In this document: positions 38,182 to 47,945 of the stretch, one piece after another
Position numbering within the stretch: position 1 is the stretch's first letter
How the letters are laid out: the number at the start of each line of letters is the position of its first letter
Source of the DNA: Acidimicrobiia bacterium
GTDB taxonomy: Bacteria; Actinomycetota; Acidimicrobiia; Acidimicrobiales; Aldehydirespiratoraceae
Length of the DNA: 60,518 nt
Reading direction: 5' to 3'
Assembly (NCBI GenBank): GCA_024421085.1
Contig: JAHQYN010000006.1
Coordinates: forward strand, 1 to 60,518
The notes under the pieces: model-generated
The model's input: the letters and a program-made list of their open reading frames with translations, nothing else
What the model was told of the DNA's origin: nothing
The model's database searches: none
Program-made: the position numbers and the translations under genes

Positions 38182-39009
38182 ATGACCGCTGACTGCGACT
38201 CCCATGAGACGATCATCGTTGAGATACGCGACCATGTCGGGTGGGTCACGCTCAACCGCCCCGACGCCTACAACGCCTTCAGCCCGACGATGGAGCGGGA
38301 GGTGCATGACACCTGGAAGGCCTTCCGACGCGACGACGATGTCCGCGCGGTCGTGTTGACCGCGGCGGGCGCGAAGGCGTTCTGCGTCGGCATCGACCGC
38401 GACGAGGGCGAGTTCACCGCCCTGGACGACTCACCCGGGCTCTACGGCACCTCCAACAACTTCATGTACGACGACCCCGGCGACAGACTGGGCCCCAAGT
38501 CGTGCGACCTCTGGAAGCCGGTGGTGTGCGCGGTCAACGGCATGGCCGCCGGCGGAGCGTTCTACATGCTCGCCGAGTCCGACGTGATCATCTCCGCTGA
38601 TCACGCGACATTCTTCGATCCCCATGTGACCTACGGGATGGCCGCGGTCTATGAGCCGATGAAGATGTGCCAGCGGATGCCCCTCGGAGAGATTCTGCGG
38701 ATCTCGTTGTTGGGCAGCCACGAGAGGATGAGCGCGGCCACGGCCATGCGGGTCGGCCTGGTCAGCGAGGTGTGCGCCGCCGAGGACCTGCTCTCGAGGG
38801 CCGCCTGGATCGCCGAGGCGATCGCTTCACAGCCGCCCTGGGCCGTGCAGGCGACGCTGCGCGCCATCTGGGCCGCCAACGACATGGGTCGGCTCAATGC
38901 CATCGCGGTCGCACCGGCCATCCTCACCAGCGGATTCGACAAGGCGGCCATGGAGGCCGGCGTTGACTCGTTCAGCAGCAGTCGACGCATCAAGCCCCAG
39001 ATCCGCTGA
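38182..39009 (+). CDS. Enoyl-CoA hydratase/isomerase family protein
   Basis: LNRPDAYNA, AFCVGID, KPVVCAVNGMAAGG and GLVSEV motifs. Confidence 0.92.
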   Translation: MTADCDSHETIIVEIRDHVGWVTLNRPDAYNAFSPTMEREVHDTWKAFRRDDDVRAVVLTAAGAKAFCVGIDRDEGEFTALDDSPGLYGTSNNFMYDDPGDRLGPKSCDLWKPVVCAVNGMAAGGAFYMLAESDVIISADHATFFDPHVTYGMAAVYEPMKMCQRMPLGEILRISLLGSHERMSAATAMRVGLVSEVCAAEDLLSRAAWIAEAIASQPPWAVQATLRAIWAANDMGRLNAIAVAPAILTSGFDKAAMEAGVDSFSSSRRIKPQIR

Positions 39010-39139
39010 TCCGCTGATCCGCCGGTGCGGAGGTCGCTTTGGCGTCTGTCGGACTCGATTGTCCCCAGGTCCGCTGATCCGGCTTGTTGGCTGGTTCGGC
39101 TGGTTCGGCTTGTTCGGCTTGTTCGGCGTCGGGCGCGGG

Positions 39140-39562
39140 TCAGGCCCCGAGGCGCTGCCGTGCCGCGGCGCTCATGTCGAGGAGCCGTTGGGGGATCGTC
39201 ACCCCGTTGACCTCGACGGCACCGCCTGGCGCGCCTGCGCCGACCGCGGGAGTGTCGGAAGCATCGGGCGCCTCGGCTACGGCCTTCGCGGCCTGTGCTG
39301 CGGCCTCGACGGCTTCGAGTTCCTCGCGCTCGCGCGCCGACAGGAACTCTTCGTAGTCGCGCCGCTCGACGAGGCAATGGTGGTCGACATGCCCGACAGC
39401 GGTGCCGTCGTCGAAGCGGACCCAGTAGCGGGTCCAGGCGAAACCGTTGGCCACCGCGATCTTCCCGGTGCTGCCCGCCGGGTACCCGGGGATGTCGTCG
39501 ACGAGTCTCACCCGGGTGCCTCGAACGAAGGGTCTTGCCTGAAGTTGCGCAGTGCTGGACAC
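39140..39562 (-). CDS. Hypothetical protein (small beta-barrel-like N-terminus, Ala-rich tail)
   Basis: RVRLVDDIPGYPAGSTGKIAVANGFAWTRYWVRF; typical codon usage. Confidence 0.7.
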   Translation of the reverse strand: MSSTAQLQARPFVRGTRVRLVDDIPGYPAGSTGKIAVANGFAWTRYWVRFDDGTAVGHVDHHCLVERRDYEEFLSAREREELEAVEAAAQAAKAVAEAPDASDTPAVGAGAPGGAVEVNGVTIPQRLLDMSAAARQRLGA

Positions 39563-39690
39563 GAGTACACAAGTTAGCGCTGCGCGCGGCGTTCGCGAGT
39601 CGAACTGTGCTCTGCGGTCTGGCAGCGCTACCATCTGCGACAGTGCAGAACACCGCGCAACAACCGCATCGAACACCGCGGGGAGCAGCA

Positions 39691-40893
39691 ATGACTTCAG
39701 AAAATCTCGACTATCGGCCCTTCGACGCCGACAACCACTACTACGAGGCGCTTGATGCCTTCACCCGCCATGTCCCCGCGGAGATGCAGCCGCGGATCGT
39801 TCAGTGGGTGGAGATGAACGGCCGCAAGTACCACCTCGTCGGCGGGACGATCTCGCATGCTGTGGTCAACCCGACCTGGGACCCTGTGGCGATGCCCGGT
39901 GCGCTCAACGCGTTCTTCAAGGGGAATCCCGACGGCAAGACGCCGCTGGAGATGCTCAAGGCGCGTGAGCCCCTTCCCGAGTGCTACATGCACGCCGAAG
40001 CCCGTGTGAAGGTGCTCGATGAGCAGGGGCTGTCGGGAGTCTGGCTGTTCCCGACCCTCGGTGTGCTCTACGAAGAACTGATCCGAACCGACGTCGAGGC
40101 TTGCACCGCGATGATGCAGGCCTTCAACCGCTGGCTTCTCGAGGACTGGGGCTATTCCTACGACGGCAAGATCTTCGGTGCTCCGTACCTGTGCCTCGGT
40201 GATCCGGCCGCTGCAGCGGCCGAAGTTGAGAAGGTCGTTGAACTCGGGGCTCGGGTGGTTGTGATGCGCCCTGCGCCGGTCACGGTCGCAACCGGCAAGA
40301 TCTCCCCGTTCTCGGCGACCTTCGACCCTGTGTGGTCGGCCATCAACGAGGCCGGGATAACCGTCGTCATCCATGCTTCGGCCAGCGGTTACTCGTCGAT
40401 GGGTTATGTGGCCGACACCAAGTTCACCTCAGGTTCGCTCAGCCGCAACGGCGGATACATGGGACCGAGCCTGGCCAGCTTCGCCATTGAGCGTGCTGCT
40501 CAGGACTGGTTGATCCAGTCGGTGTTCGAGAAGCTCTACGACCGTTTCCCGCGTGTGCGGGTGGCCAGCGTCGAGAACGGCTCGGATTTCCTGGCGCCGA
40601 TGTTCCGCAAGTTCGACCAGACAGCGAAAAAGAGCTTCAGCTGGTTCAAGGACCATCCCGTCGACACCTTCAAGGAGAAGGTGTGGGTCAATCCGTTCTG
40701 GGAGGACGACGTTGACGAGGTCTCAGGGCTCATGGGCCCCGACCACGTGATCTTCGGTTCCGACTGGCCCCATATCGAAGGGCTGCCGCATCCCCTCGAC
40801 TACGTCGTTGAACTGAAGGCTTTCGACCCGGCGGACCGAAAGAAGATCCTCCTCGACAACGTCAGCTTCCTGAACACACCCTTGCCGGCCTGA
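39691..40893 (+). CDS. Amidohydrolase_2 family protein
   Basis: FDADNHYYE, FPTLG and FGSDWPHIEG motifs. Confidence 0.92.
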   Translation: MTSENLDYRPFDADNHYYEALDAFTRHVPAEMQPRIVQWVEMNGRKYHLVGGTISHAVVNPTWDPVAMPGALNAFFKGNPDGKTPLEMLKAREPLPECYMHAEARVKVLDEQGLSGVWLFPTLGVLYEELIRTDVEACTAMMQAFNRWLLEDWGYSYDGKIFGAPYLCLGDPAAAAAEVEKVVELGARVVVMRPAPVTVATGKISPFSATFDPVWSAINEAGITVVIHASASGYSSMGYVADTKFTSGSLSRNGGYMGPSLASFAIERAAQDWLIQSVFEKLYDRFPRVRVASVENGSDFLAPMFRKFDQTAKKSFSWFKDHPVDTFKEKVWVNPFWEDDVDEVSGLMGPDHVIFGSDWPHIEGLPHPLDYVVELKAFDPADRKKILLDNVSFLNTPLPA

Positions 40894-40973
40894 TCCTCCG
40901 CTCGACCCTGCCAGAAAGCTCAACGCTCGCTAGCCTGTGCAGCCAAGCGCTCGATCTGCAAGCGAGGGAACCG

Positions 40974-42227
40974 ATGAGCACACCCACTGCCGAGGAAGTC
41001 CGGCTCGAACTCGAGGCCTGGCTCGACGAGAACTGGGACGAGAACCTCACGGTCCGCGAATGGTGGCAGCGCATCGCTCCCAGCGGATACGCGCATCCGA
41101 CGTTGGCGGTGCAAGCCGGTGGCAGGGGATGGGGCCGCGACCTGGCGGGGGTGGTCAACACAGTGATGGCCCAAAGGGGCGTGATGGGTCCGCCGATCGG
41201 CGGGCTCGGCTGGATGCTCGCCGCGCCGACGATCGCTCAGCACGGGACGCCCGAACAGATTCAGAGGCTGATCCCGCCGATACTTGAGGGAACGGTCGGC
41301 TGGTGCCAGCTCTTCTCTGAGCCCGGGGCCGGGTCGGACCTGGCCGGGCTGGCCTGCAAGGCCCGGCGCGACGGCGATGAGTGGATCGTCAGCGGACAGA
41401 AGGTGTGGACCTCGGGCGGACAGGTCGCCGACTGGGGAATGCTGATCGCCCGCACCGACCCCGACGCCCCCAAACACAAGGGCATCACCTGGTTCGCCCT
41501 GGAGATGGACCAGCCCGGAGTCAGCGTCCGACCACTGAGGGAGATGACCGGCAGGTCGATGTTCAACGAGGTGTTCATCGATGAGGCCCGGGTGCTCGAC
41601 GCCGATGTCATCGGCGGGCTCAACAACGGCTGGGCGGTGGCGAACACCACACTGCGGTTCGAGCGCGAGTCGCTGGGTTCAGCGGGCCGCAAACCCAGGA
41701 CCGCCACCCCCGGGGCACGCGGCAAGTCTCTCGACCGGCCCGTTTCGGACTTCGCCTCTCCGGCGGCAAACGAGGGCGGAGTGCCGTCGGTCGGCCACGG
41801 ACTGTGGCAGTTCGTGGCGGACCTGGCCGCCAAGTCGCAGAAGAACGAGGATCCGAACTTCCGGCAGGAGATGGTGAAGCTCTGGTCGTTGATCGAGGTG
41901 AACCGTCTGGGGGCGCTGCGCGCCAAGGACCCCAAACAGCGGACAGGTGCTGAACCCAACATCGGCAAGCTCCACGTCAGCGAGATGTTCAGGGCGTTCC
42001 GCGAGGTCGGCCTGTCGGTCCTGGGCGCTGACGGCATGTTGAGCGGCGCACACGACTCGGCCAGCGATGGGCTGCTCGGCGAGATCGCGGTCTTCTCGCC
42101 CGGCCCGTCGATCTACGGCGGGACCGACCAGATCCAGCGCAACATCATCGGCGAGCGCGTCCTGGGCCTGCCTCGAGAACCAGGCCCTGCCCGCGACACC
42201 CCCTTCCGGGACCTCCCCAAGAACTGA
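40974..42227 (+). CDS. Acyl-CoA dehydrogenase family protein
   Basis: WCQLFSEPGAGSDLA, GQKVWTS, FNEVF and IYGGTDQIQRNIIGER motifs. Confidence 0.94.
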   Translation: MSTPTAEEVRLELEAWLDENWDENLTVREWWQRIAPSGYAHPTLAVQAGGRGWGRDLAGVVNTVMAQRGVMGPPIGGLGWMLAAPTIAQHGTPEQIQRLIPPILEGTVGWCQLFSEPGAGSDLAGLACKARRDGDEWIVSGQKVWTSGGQVADWGMLIARTDPDAPKHKGITWFALEMDQPGVSVRPLREMTGRSMFNEVFIDEARVLDADVIGGLNNGWAVANTTLRFERESLGSAGRKPRTATPGARGKSLDRPVSDFASPAANEGGVPSVGHGLWQFVADLAAKSQKNEDPNFRQEMVKLWSLIEVNRLGALRAKDPKQRTGAEPNIGKLHVSEMFRAFREVGLSVLGADGMLSGAHDSASDGLLGEIAVFSPGPSIYGGTDQIQRNIIGERVLGLPREPGPARDTPFRDLPKN

Positions 42228-42403
42228 GCCGCAGCCCGTTGTCTGCTCCACCGCGTCGGGTGCTGCTCGCCGTGCCGCTGGTCTCTGACCGCGCCGAGCC
42301 GCGGTCGCGGCAGGCATATGCTGCTTGAATGTTCGCCGTCTGCCTGCATGATGTGCGATGATTCTGCGGGCAGACGATCCAACCAACTTCGGGAGACCCA
42401 AAG

Positions 42404-43189
42404 ATGCAGAGCCACGAAATCGACTACCAGATACATGGAGACGACCTTCAGTTTGTGGAGATCGAACTCGACCCGGGCGAGGTGGTGATCGCCGAGGCCG
42501 GGGCCATGATGTACATTGAGCAGGGGATTACTTTCGAGTCCAAGATGGGCGACGGCTCAGATGCCGATGAGGGCAAATGGTCGAAATTCAAGTCGGCTGC
42601 CAAGAGGTCCCTCAGCGGAGAATCCGTATTCCTCACCCATTTCACCAACAGTGCCGCGATCGGCCGCCAGAAAGTGGCGATGGCGGCGCCGTATCCCGGC
42701 AAGGTCCTGCCCGTCGACCTCCATGCCGCGGGCGGGCGGATCCTGGCCCAGAAGGACGCATTCTTGTGCGCGGCCTCGGGAACCAAGCTCGACGTAGCGT
42801 TCAACAAGAAGTTGGGCACGGGGTTGTTTGGCGGAGAGGGTTTCATCCTCCAGGACATCTCCGGTGACGGCTTGGCCTTCCTGCACGCGGGCGGGACCAT
42901 CGTGCGCAAGCGCCTGCAGGGCGAGACCCTGCGGGTCGACACCGGCTGCCTCGTCGCCTTCCAGCCTGAGATTCAGTACTCGATCGAGCGCGCAGGCAAC
43001 CTGAAGTCGATGGTGTTCGGCGGGGAGGGCATGTTTTTGGCCACCCTCACCGGAGTGGGCGATGTCTGGCTTCAGTCCCTGCCGTTCAACCGTCTCGCCG
43101 ACCGGGTGCTCGCCAACCTCACGCCGGGCGGCTCCGACGGCGAGGGCTCGGTGATCGGCGGCCTGTCCAACATCTTCGAGCGCAACTGA
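42404..43189 (+). CDS. TIGR00266 / AIM24 family protein
   Basis: [24 protein letters not shown] and WLQSLP motifs. Confidence 0.92.
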   Translation: MQSHEIDYQIHGDDLQFVEIELDPGEVVIAEAGAMMYIEQGITFESKMGDGSDADEGKWSKFKSAAKRSLSGESVFLTHFTNSAAIGRQKVAMAAPYPGKVLPVDLHAAGGRILAQKDAFLCAASGTKLDVAFNKKLGTGLFGGEGFILQDISGDGLAFLHAGGTIVRKRLQGETLRVDTGCLVAFQPEIQYSIERAGNLKSMVFGGEGMFLATLTGVGDVWLQSLPFNRLADRVLANLTPGGSDGEGSVIGGLSNIFERN

Positions 43190-43193
43190 CCTA

Positions 43194-43326
43194 GAGGCCG
43201 AGCGTATTGATCCCGCACCCGCCGCGACCGAACGAGGCCGTGGCCCGAGCGGCCCGTGAGCGCAGCGAACAAGAGCGGGAGACAACTGGTGTCAGCGCAG
43301 GCACGATGTTCAATCCGCGCGTGCTT
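43194..43326 (+). mobile_element. MITE copy 3 (133 bp) between convergent genes
   Basis: GAGGCCGAGCGTATTGA…TCAATCCGCGCGTGCTT, flanked by CTA on both sides; the right CTA is the selD stop. Confidence 0.8.
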
Positions 43327-44370
43327 CTAGGAGGCGCGAGATTTGAGGCGGATCTGGCCGGTGCCCTCATGCACGGTGCCGATGGCCGCGGCGGTGTGGC
43401 CGGTCGACAACAACGAGTCGACCGCGTCCTGGGCCTGCGCCGCGTCGACGCCGCACACCAGCCCACCGGAGGTCTGCGCGTCGGCGAGGAGCGTCACGTC
43501 CAACTCGCTGACCCCGCGGCCCCGGTGGACCCGGTCGTTGATCCAGCCCAGGTTGCGCTGAGTGCCTCCCGGCACAACACCCGAGGCCGCCAGTTCTCTG
43601 GCACCGTCGATGATCGGCACGTCGTCGACGATGATCTCCAGGTCGACAGCGGACTCCTGCGCGGCCCGCCCGCCGTGGCCGAGCAGACCGAACCCGGTGA
43701 CGTCGGTGGCGCCGGTGGCCCCGCAGGCAACCGCGATCTCGGCTGCGGCGGCGTTGGTGGCGGTCATTGAGGCAACTGCTGCGGCTACACACTGGGCGTC
43801 GGCGCGGCCCCATTTGAGGCCGGTTGTGATCACACCGATCCCCAACGGTTTGGTGAGGATCAGTGTCTGTCCGGCACGCAGCCCGGCGTTGGTCAGCATC
43901 CTGTCGGGATGCACCTCGCCGATCACCGCCATCCCGTATTTCGGCTCGGGATCGTCGACGGTGTGTCCTCCGGCGACGACGAAGCCGCATCTGTTGGCGA
44001 TGTCGTGCCCGCCAGCGAGCACCTCTTGAAGTTGTTCGCCGGACAGTTCATCGGTGTTCCAGCACACTAGGTTGAGCGCCAGCAGTGGGCGGCCGCCCAT
44101 TGCGTACACGTCGGAGACCGAGTTGGCGGCGGCCACCCGGCCCCAATCGAACGGGTCGTCCACAACCGGGGTGATGAAGTCGGCGGTGACGACGAGGGCG
44201 CGGTCGTCGGTCAAGCGCCAGACGGCGGCATCGTCGCCGCTGAGCGCCCCGACCAACAGGTCGGGGCTTTCGGTATCAGACAGTCGGCGCACGACCTGCG
44301 CCAGTTCGCCGGGAGCGAGCTTGCAGCCTCAACCAGCTCCGTGGCTGAACTCAGTGAGTCTCCGAGCCAT
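43327..44370 (-). CDS. selD: Selenide, water dikinase containing selenocysteine (in-frame UGA, codon 14)
   Basis: ATG 44370 gives MARRLTEFSHGAG-U(TGA 44331-44329)-GCKLAPGEL, in frame with DDAAV, DFITP, GGHT, DVTGFGLLGH and QTSGGL. Confidence 0.93.
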
Positions 44371-44757
44371 CGACAGCCCCCCTCCGATCGCGTTTCCTAT
44401 GTTCACACCTTACGCCGATGTGCGCAGACACGACGGCCTTGCCGCGAACACGCCACACCCGAACCCGCCCCACAAGGGTGAATCCTGGTTCGGCGGGCTC
44501 GATGTCGAGTGGATCTGAGCGGTGGCCCGCACGGGTTGTCCCGCTCGCGAACATCGGTGTCGCCGGAAGCGATCAGTGAGGATTCATCGAGCAGAGTCGA
44601 GCAGAGTCGAGGCAGAGTCGAGGCAGAGTCGAGCTTGAGCGGGTTGTTGCTGTGTCGTCGTCGGGCGTGGGGTGGTGCTGTCGGGCTTTGGTTGGTGGGG
44701 TCGGGTGTTGGGTGGTGGGGTCGGGTGTGGGGTGGTCGCAGGTTCTAGGCTCGATGC

Positions 44758-45849
44758 GTGATCGTTGTGCGGATTCTCGTCGGGGTGCTGGGGGGCGTTG
44801 TGGCCCTCGGAACCATGGGATCGGCGGTGCGGACTGTCGTCGTGCCGAGAGGCGAGCAGTCGTTCCTTGCCAACGCCACGATGCTGACGATGCGTCGAGT
44901 GTTCAACGGTGCATCACGTCGGTTCAAGGACCAGCACAGAGCCGAGGCCGTCAAGGCCCGTTTCGCTCCGGTCACCCTGATGCTCTTCCCGTTCATATGG
45001 GCTGTCGGCGTGATCAGCGGCTGCGCCGGGTTGTTCTGGGCACTCGGGGTTCAGCCCGTTCAAGAGGCGATCGTGCTGTCGGGGTCATCGCTGACCACCC
45101 TGGGCTTCCGCACGACAGGGGACCTCCCCACGCTGATCGTTGAGATAGGCGAAGGGCTTGTGGGTCTCGGACTGGTGGCTCTGCTGATCAGCTTCCTGCC
45201 GACCATCTACAGCGCCTTCTCCCGAAGAGAGAACGTGGTGGCCAAGTATCATGTGCGTTCGACAGGGTACGACGAGGCGGCAGGCCCCGCGGCGATGCTC
45301 ATGCGTCGCCATAAGATCGGCTCTCCGGAGGACATGCTGCACACCTGGTACGAATGGGAGGACTGGTTCGTCGAGGTCGAGGAGAGCCACACCAGCTTTC
45401 CGATCCTGGTCTACTTCCGCTCGCCGGTGCCTGAGCGGTCGTGGATCACCAGCGCTGGGATGGTGCTCGACTCAGCGTCTCTGTACTGCTCGGCCCTCGA
45501 CGTCGCCACCGACCCCCGAGCCCAGTTGCTGATCCGCACCGGGACCCTGTCGCTGCGGCGGATCTGCGACTATTTCGGGTTCGAATACGATCCCGACCCG
45601 TCTCCCGGCGATCCGGTAGCCATCGACCAGGCAGAGTTCGACCAAGTGTATGAGCTTTTCAAGACGGCTGGCATGCCGGTGGTTGCCGATCAGCAGCAGG
45701 CGTGGCGCGACTTCGCGGGCTGGCGCGTCAATTACGACCGTCCGCTGCTGTCGCTCGCCACATGGATCGAGGCACCTGAAGCCCCATGGTCGTCAGACCG
45801 CTGGACAACCGTTCGTCGTCCGCGGGTGTTCCATCGCCACTCTCGATGA
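44758..45849 (+). CDS. Membrane protein with K+-channel pore-like segment
   Basis: TM helices flanking LSGSSLTTLGF; soluble C-terminal domain (ESHTSFPILVYFRS). Confidence 0.7.
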   Translation: MIVVRILVGVLGGVVALGTMGSAVRTVVVPRGEQSFLANATMLTMRRVFNGASRRFKDQHRAEAVKARFAPVTLMLFPFIWAVGVISGCAGLFWALGVQPVQEAIVLSGSSLTTLGFRTTGDLPTLIVEIGEGLVGLGLVALLISFLPTIYSAFSRRENVVAKYHVRSTGYDEAAGPAAMLMRRHKIGSPEDMLHTWYEWEDWFVEVEESHTSFPILVYFRSPVPERSWITSAGMVLDSASLYCSALDVATDPRAQLLIRTGTLSLRRICDYFGFEYDPDPSPGDPVAIDQAEFDQVYELFKTAGMPVVADQQQAWRDFAGWRVNYDRPLLSLATWIEAPEAPWSSDRWTTVRRPRVFHRHSR

Positions 45850-45964
45850 TTGTGAGCCAGCGCCGATGCGAGCCGGCACCGGTGTGAGCTAGCACCGATG
45901 TGAGCCGGTGCCCTTCGCACGGACAGTTGCTGGTACCATGCACACCCGCCATGAGTATCGACGA

Positions 45965-46453
45965 ATGAACCCCATGAGGTTGAAGCTGAGGCTGCATCTG
46001 AAGCGGCTCGCCGTCGCGTCCGCAGCGGGCCTCTTGGCGGCGGTGCTCATCTCGGGATGCGGGGACGACCGCGCCAGCGTCGGTTCGCCTCCCCAGGAGT
46101 ACACCAAGTACCTCGTCCAACAGGCGATAGACCGCTACGAGGCTGAGGGCCGGGAAGCGACTTTCGACTACTACCAGTCCCCAGACAGCATCGACGGGTC
46201 CTGGTACGTCTACATCCTCGAAGACGGTATCTCAGTCGTCAACGCGAACCGGCCCGACATAGTCGGGACATCCACAGCAGAGCGCAGCGACGTCAACGGC
46301 AAGCCCTACGGCAGGGAGTTGGCCGCGGCCACCGAGGACGGAGTCTGGGTCGACTACTATTTCACGCATCCGGTCACCGGCGACGTAACGGAGAAGCGTG
46401 CTTGGGCGGTCGCCCACGACGGACTAGTCTTCGGTTCAGGCTGGTATCCGTAG
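45965..46453 (+). CDS. Single Cache-domain lipoprotein
   Basis: Lipobox LISGC; WYVYI, GVWVDYYFTHPVTG…K..W and FGSGWY motifs. Confidence 0.8.
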   Translation: MNPMRLKLRLHLKRLAVASAAGLLAAVLISGCGDDRASVGSPPQEYTKYLVQQAIDRYEAEGREATFDYYQSPDSIDGSWYVYILEDGISVVNANRPDIVGTSTAERSDVNGKPYGRELAAATEDGVWVDYYFTHPVTGDVTEKRAWAVAHDGLVFGSGWYP

Positions 46454-46507
46454 CGGTATTTCGGCCGACACCGGGGCTGAGGTGGCGAACTGCACCAAAC
46501 TGGGGGG

Positions 46508-47743
46508 GTGAAGCCGCGCCTCATACGTCTCACGCGCCGCTGGCGCGCAGTCATCAGCAGAGATCAGCGCGCCTACCGCGACAGCTTCGTCGCCCTGTGC
46601 CTCTCCGCGATCACCAGCCTTGTCGCCGGCGTGACTCTGGCGACGACGACCGGGACCCTCGAAGAACTGCCTGGCCTGCTGCTGCTGGTGCCAGCCGCGC
46701 TGGCCGTGAAGGGAAATGTGTTCGGCGCTCTCGGCAGCCGGCTCGGCACCACCATCCACGCGGGCACGTTTCGGTTGAGTCCGCGCCTCGACTCCGCGGT
46801 GGGCCAGAACATTGCGGCGGCGATGCTGTTGAGCCTGGTGATATCGGTCGTGATTGCGGTGCTCGCCAAAGGGGTCGCGATCGTCTTTGCGGTGTCGCCG
46901 ACGATGTCGGTCGCCGACTTCATCGTCGTGTCGGCGGTCGGTGGCCTGCTCGCCTCGGTTTTCGTTTTGGCCATAACCCTGCTGTTGGCCGGCGGCTCGG
47001 GGCGCTACGGGTGGGACTTGGACAACGTGGTGTCGCCGTTGGTGACCGCCGCCAGTGACCTGATGAGCCTCCCGGCCCTGATAATCGCCGCGCGGCTCGC
47101 CAGTGTCGAGGTGTTCACACCGGTCGCCGCGGCGGTGCTCGCGGCTGTTTCCGCCGGGGGCGTGGCGTGGTCGGTGACCGTCAAAGGTCGGCTGCTCGGC
47201 TCAATTGTGCGCGAGTCGATCCCGGTGCTTACGGTGGCTGGGCTGCTCGACCTGATCGCCGGAATCACGATCGAGGGACGACTGGACGATCTTCTCGAAT
47301 ATCCGGTCCTGCTCGTGCTGCTCCCGGGGTTCTTGGGGACCGCCGGCGGACTCGGGGGGGTGCTCTCCAGTCGTCTCTCGACCAAGGTGCATCTGGGTCT
47401 GCTGCACCCCGGGCCGCTGCCTCGAGGGTCGGCCGGCGCCGATGTCGCTTTGATCTTCGGTTTGTCTGTTCCGGTCTTCGCGATGACCGGAGCAGTGTCC
47501 GAACTCGGCGGAGCACTGACCGGACAGGCCAGTCCAGGACTGTTCGAGGTTGTGGCGGTCGCCTTGGTGGGAGGTCTGCTGTCCACGGTCTGCGTCGTGA
47601 TCGTGGCCTACTATGCAACGATCATCGCGGTCAGGTTCGGACTCGACCCCGATACCCACGGCATTCCGATGGTGACGTCATCGTTAGACTTCGTGGGTGC
47701 GTTCGCGCTGATCCTGGCCATTGTGGCGGTAGGAGTGGCCTGA
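46508..47743 (+). CDS. Divalent cation transporter with two MgtE membrane domains (SLC41-like)
   Basis: KGNVFGALGSRL…DLDNVVSPLVTAASD and second repeat SSRLST…LDPDTHGIPMVTSSLD. Confidence 0.85.
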   Translation: MKPRLIRLTRRWRAVISRDQRAYRDSFVALCLSAITSLVAGVTLATTTGTLEELPGLLLLVPAALAVKGNVFGALGSRLGTTIHAGTFRLSPRLDSAVGQNIAAAMLLSLVISVVIAVLAKGVAIVFAVSPTMSVADFIVVSAVGGLLASVFVLAITLLLAGGSGRYGWDLDNVVSPLVTAASDLMSLPALIIAARLASVEVFTPVAAAVLAAVSAGGVAWSVTVKGRLLGSIVRESIPVLTVAGLLDLIAGITIEGRLDDLLEYPVLLVLLPGFLGTAGGLGGVLSSRLSTKVHLGLLHPGPLPRGSAGADVALIFGLSVPVFAMTGAVSELGGALTGQASPGLFEVVAVALVGGLLSTVCVVIVAYYATIIAVRFGLDPDTHGIPMVTSSLDFVGAFALILAIVAVGVA

Positions 47744-47945
47744 TCGTGTGCAGCACCGTCGACCGGCAGCGGCGCGGGGCCCGAACACCCCGCCTGCACA
47801 TCGAACGCCGACGCATCGAACACCGGTGCATCGAACAGCGGCGCGGACCGGGCCGCGGACCGGGCCGCAGACCGGGTCTTTTGGAGCCGGGAGCATCCCG
47901 GGCAGCACAAGCCCCTAGTGTGTTCACTTGTAACGGAGCGATGGG

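Noticed and set aside
44440-44530. Hairpin upstream of selD as tRNA-Sec
   Set aside because: A stem (44460-44469 / 44492-44501) exists, but I see no UCA anticodon arm, T-loop or acceptor stem.
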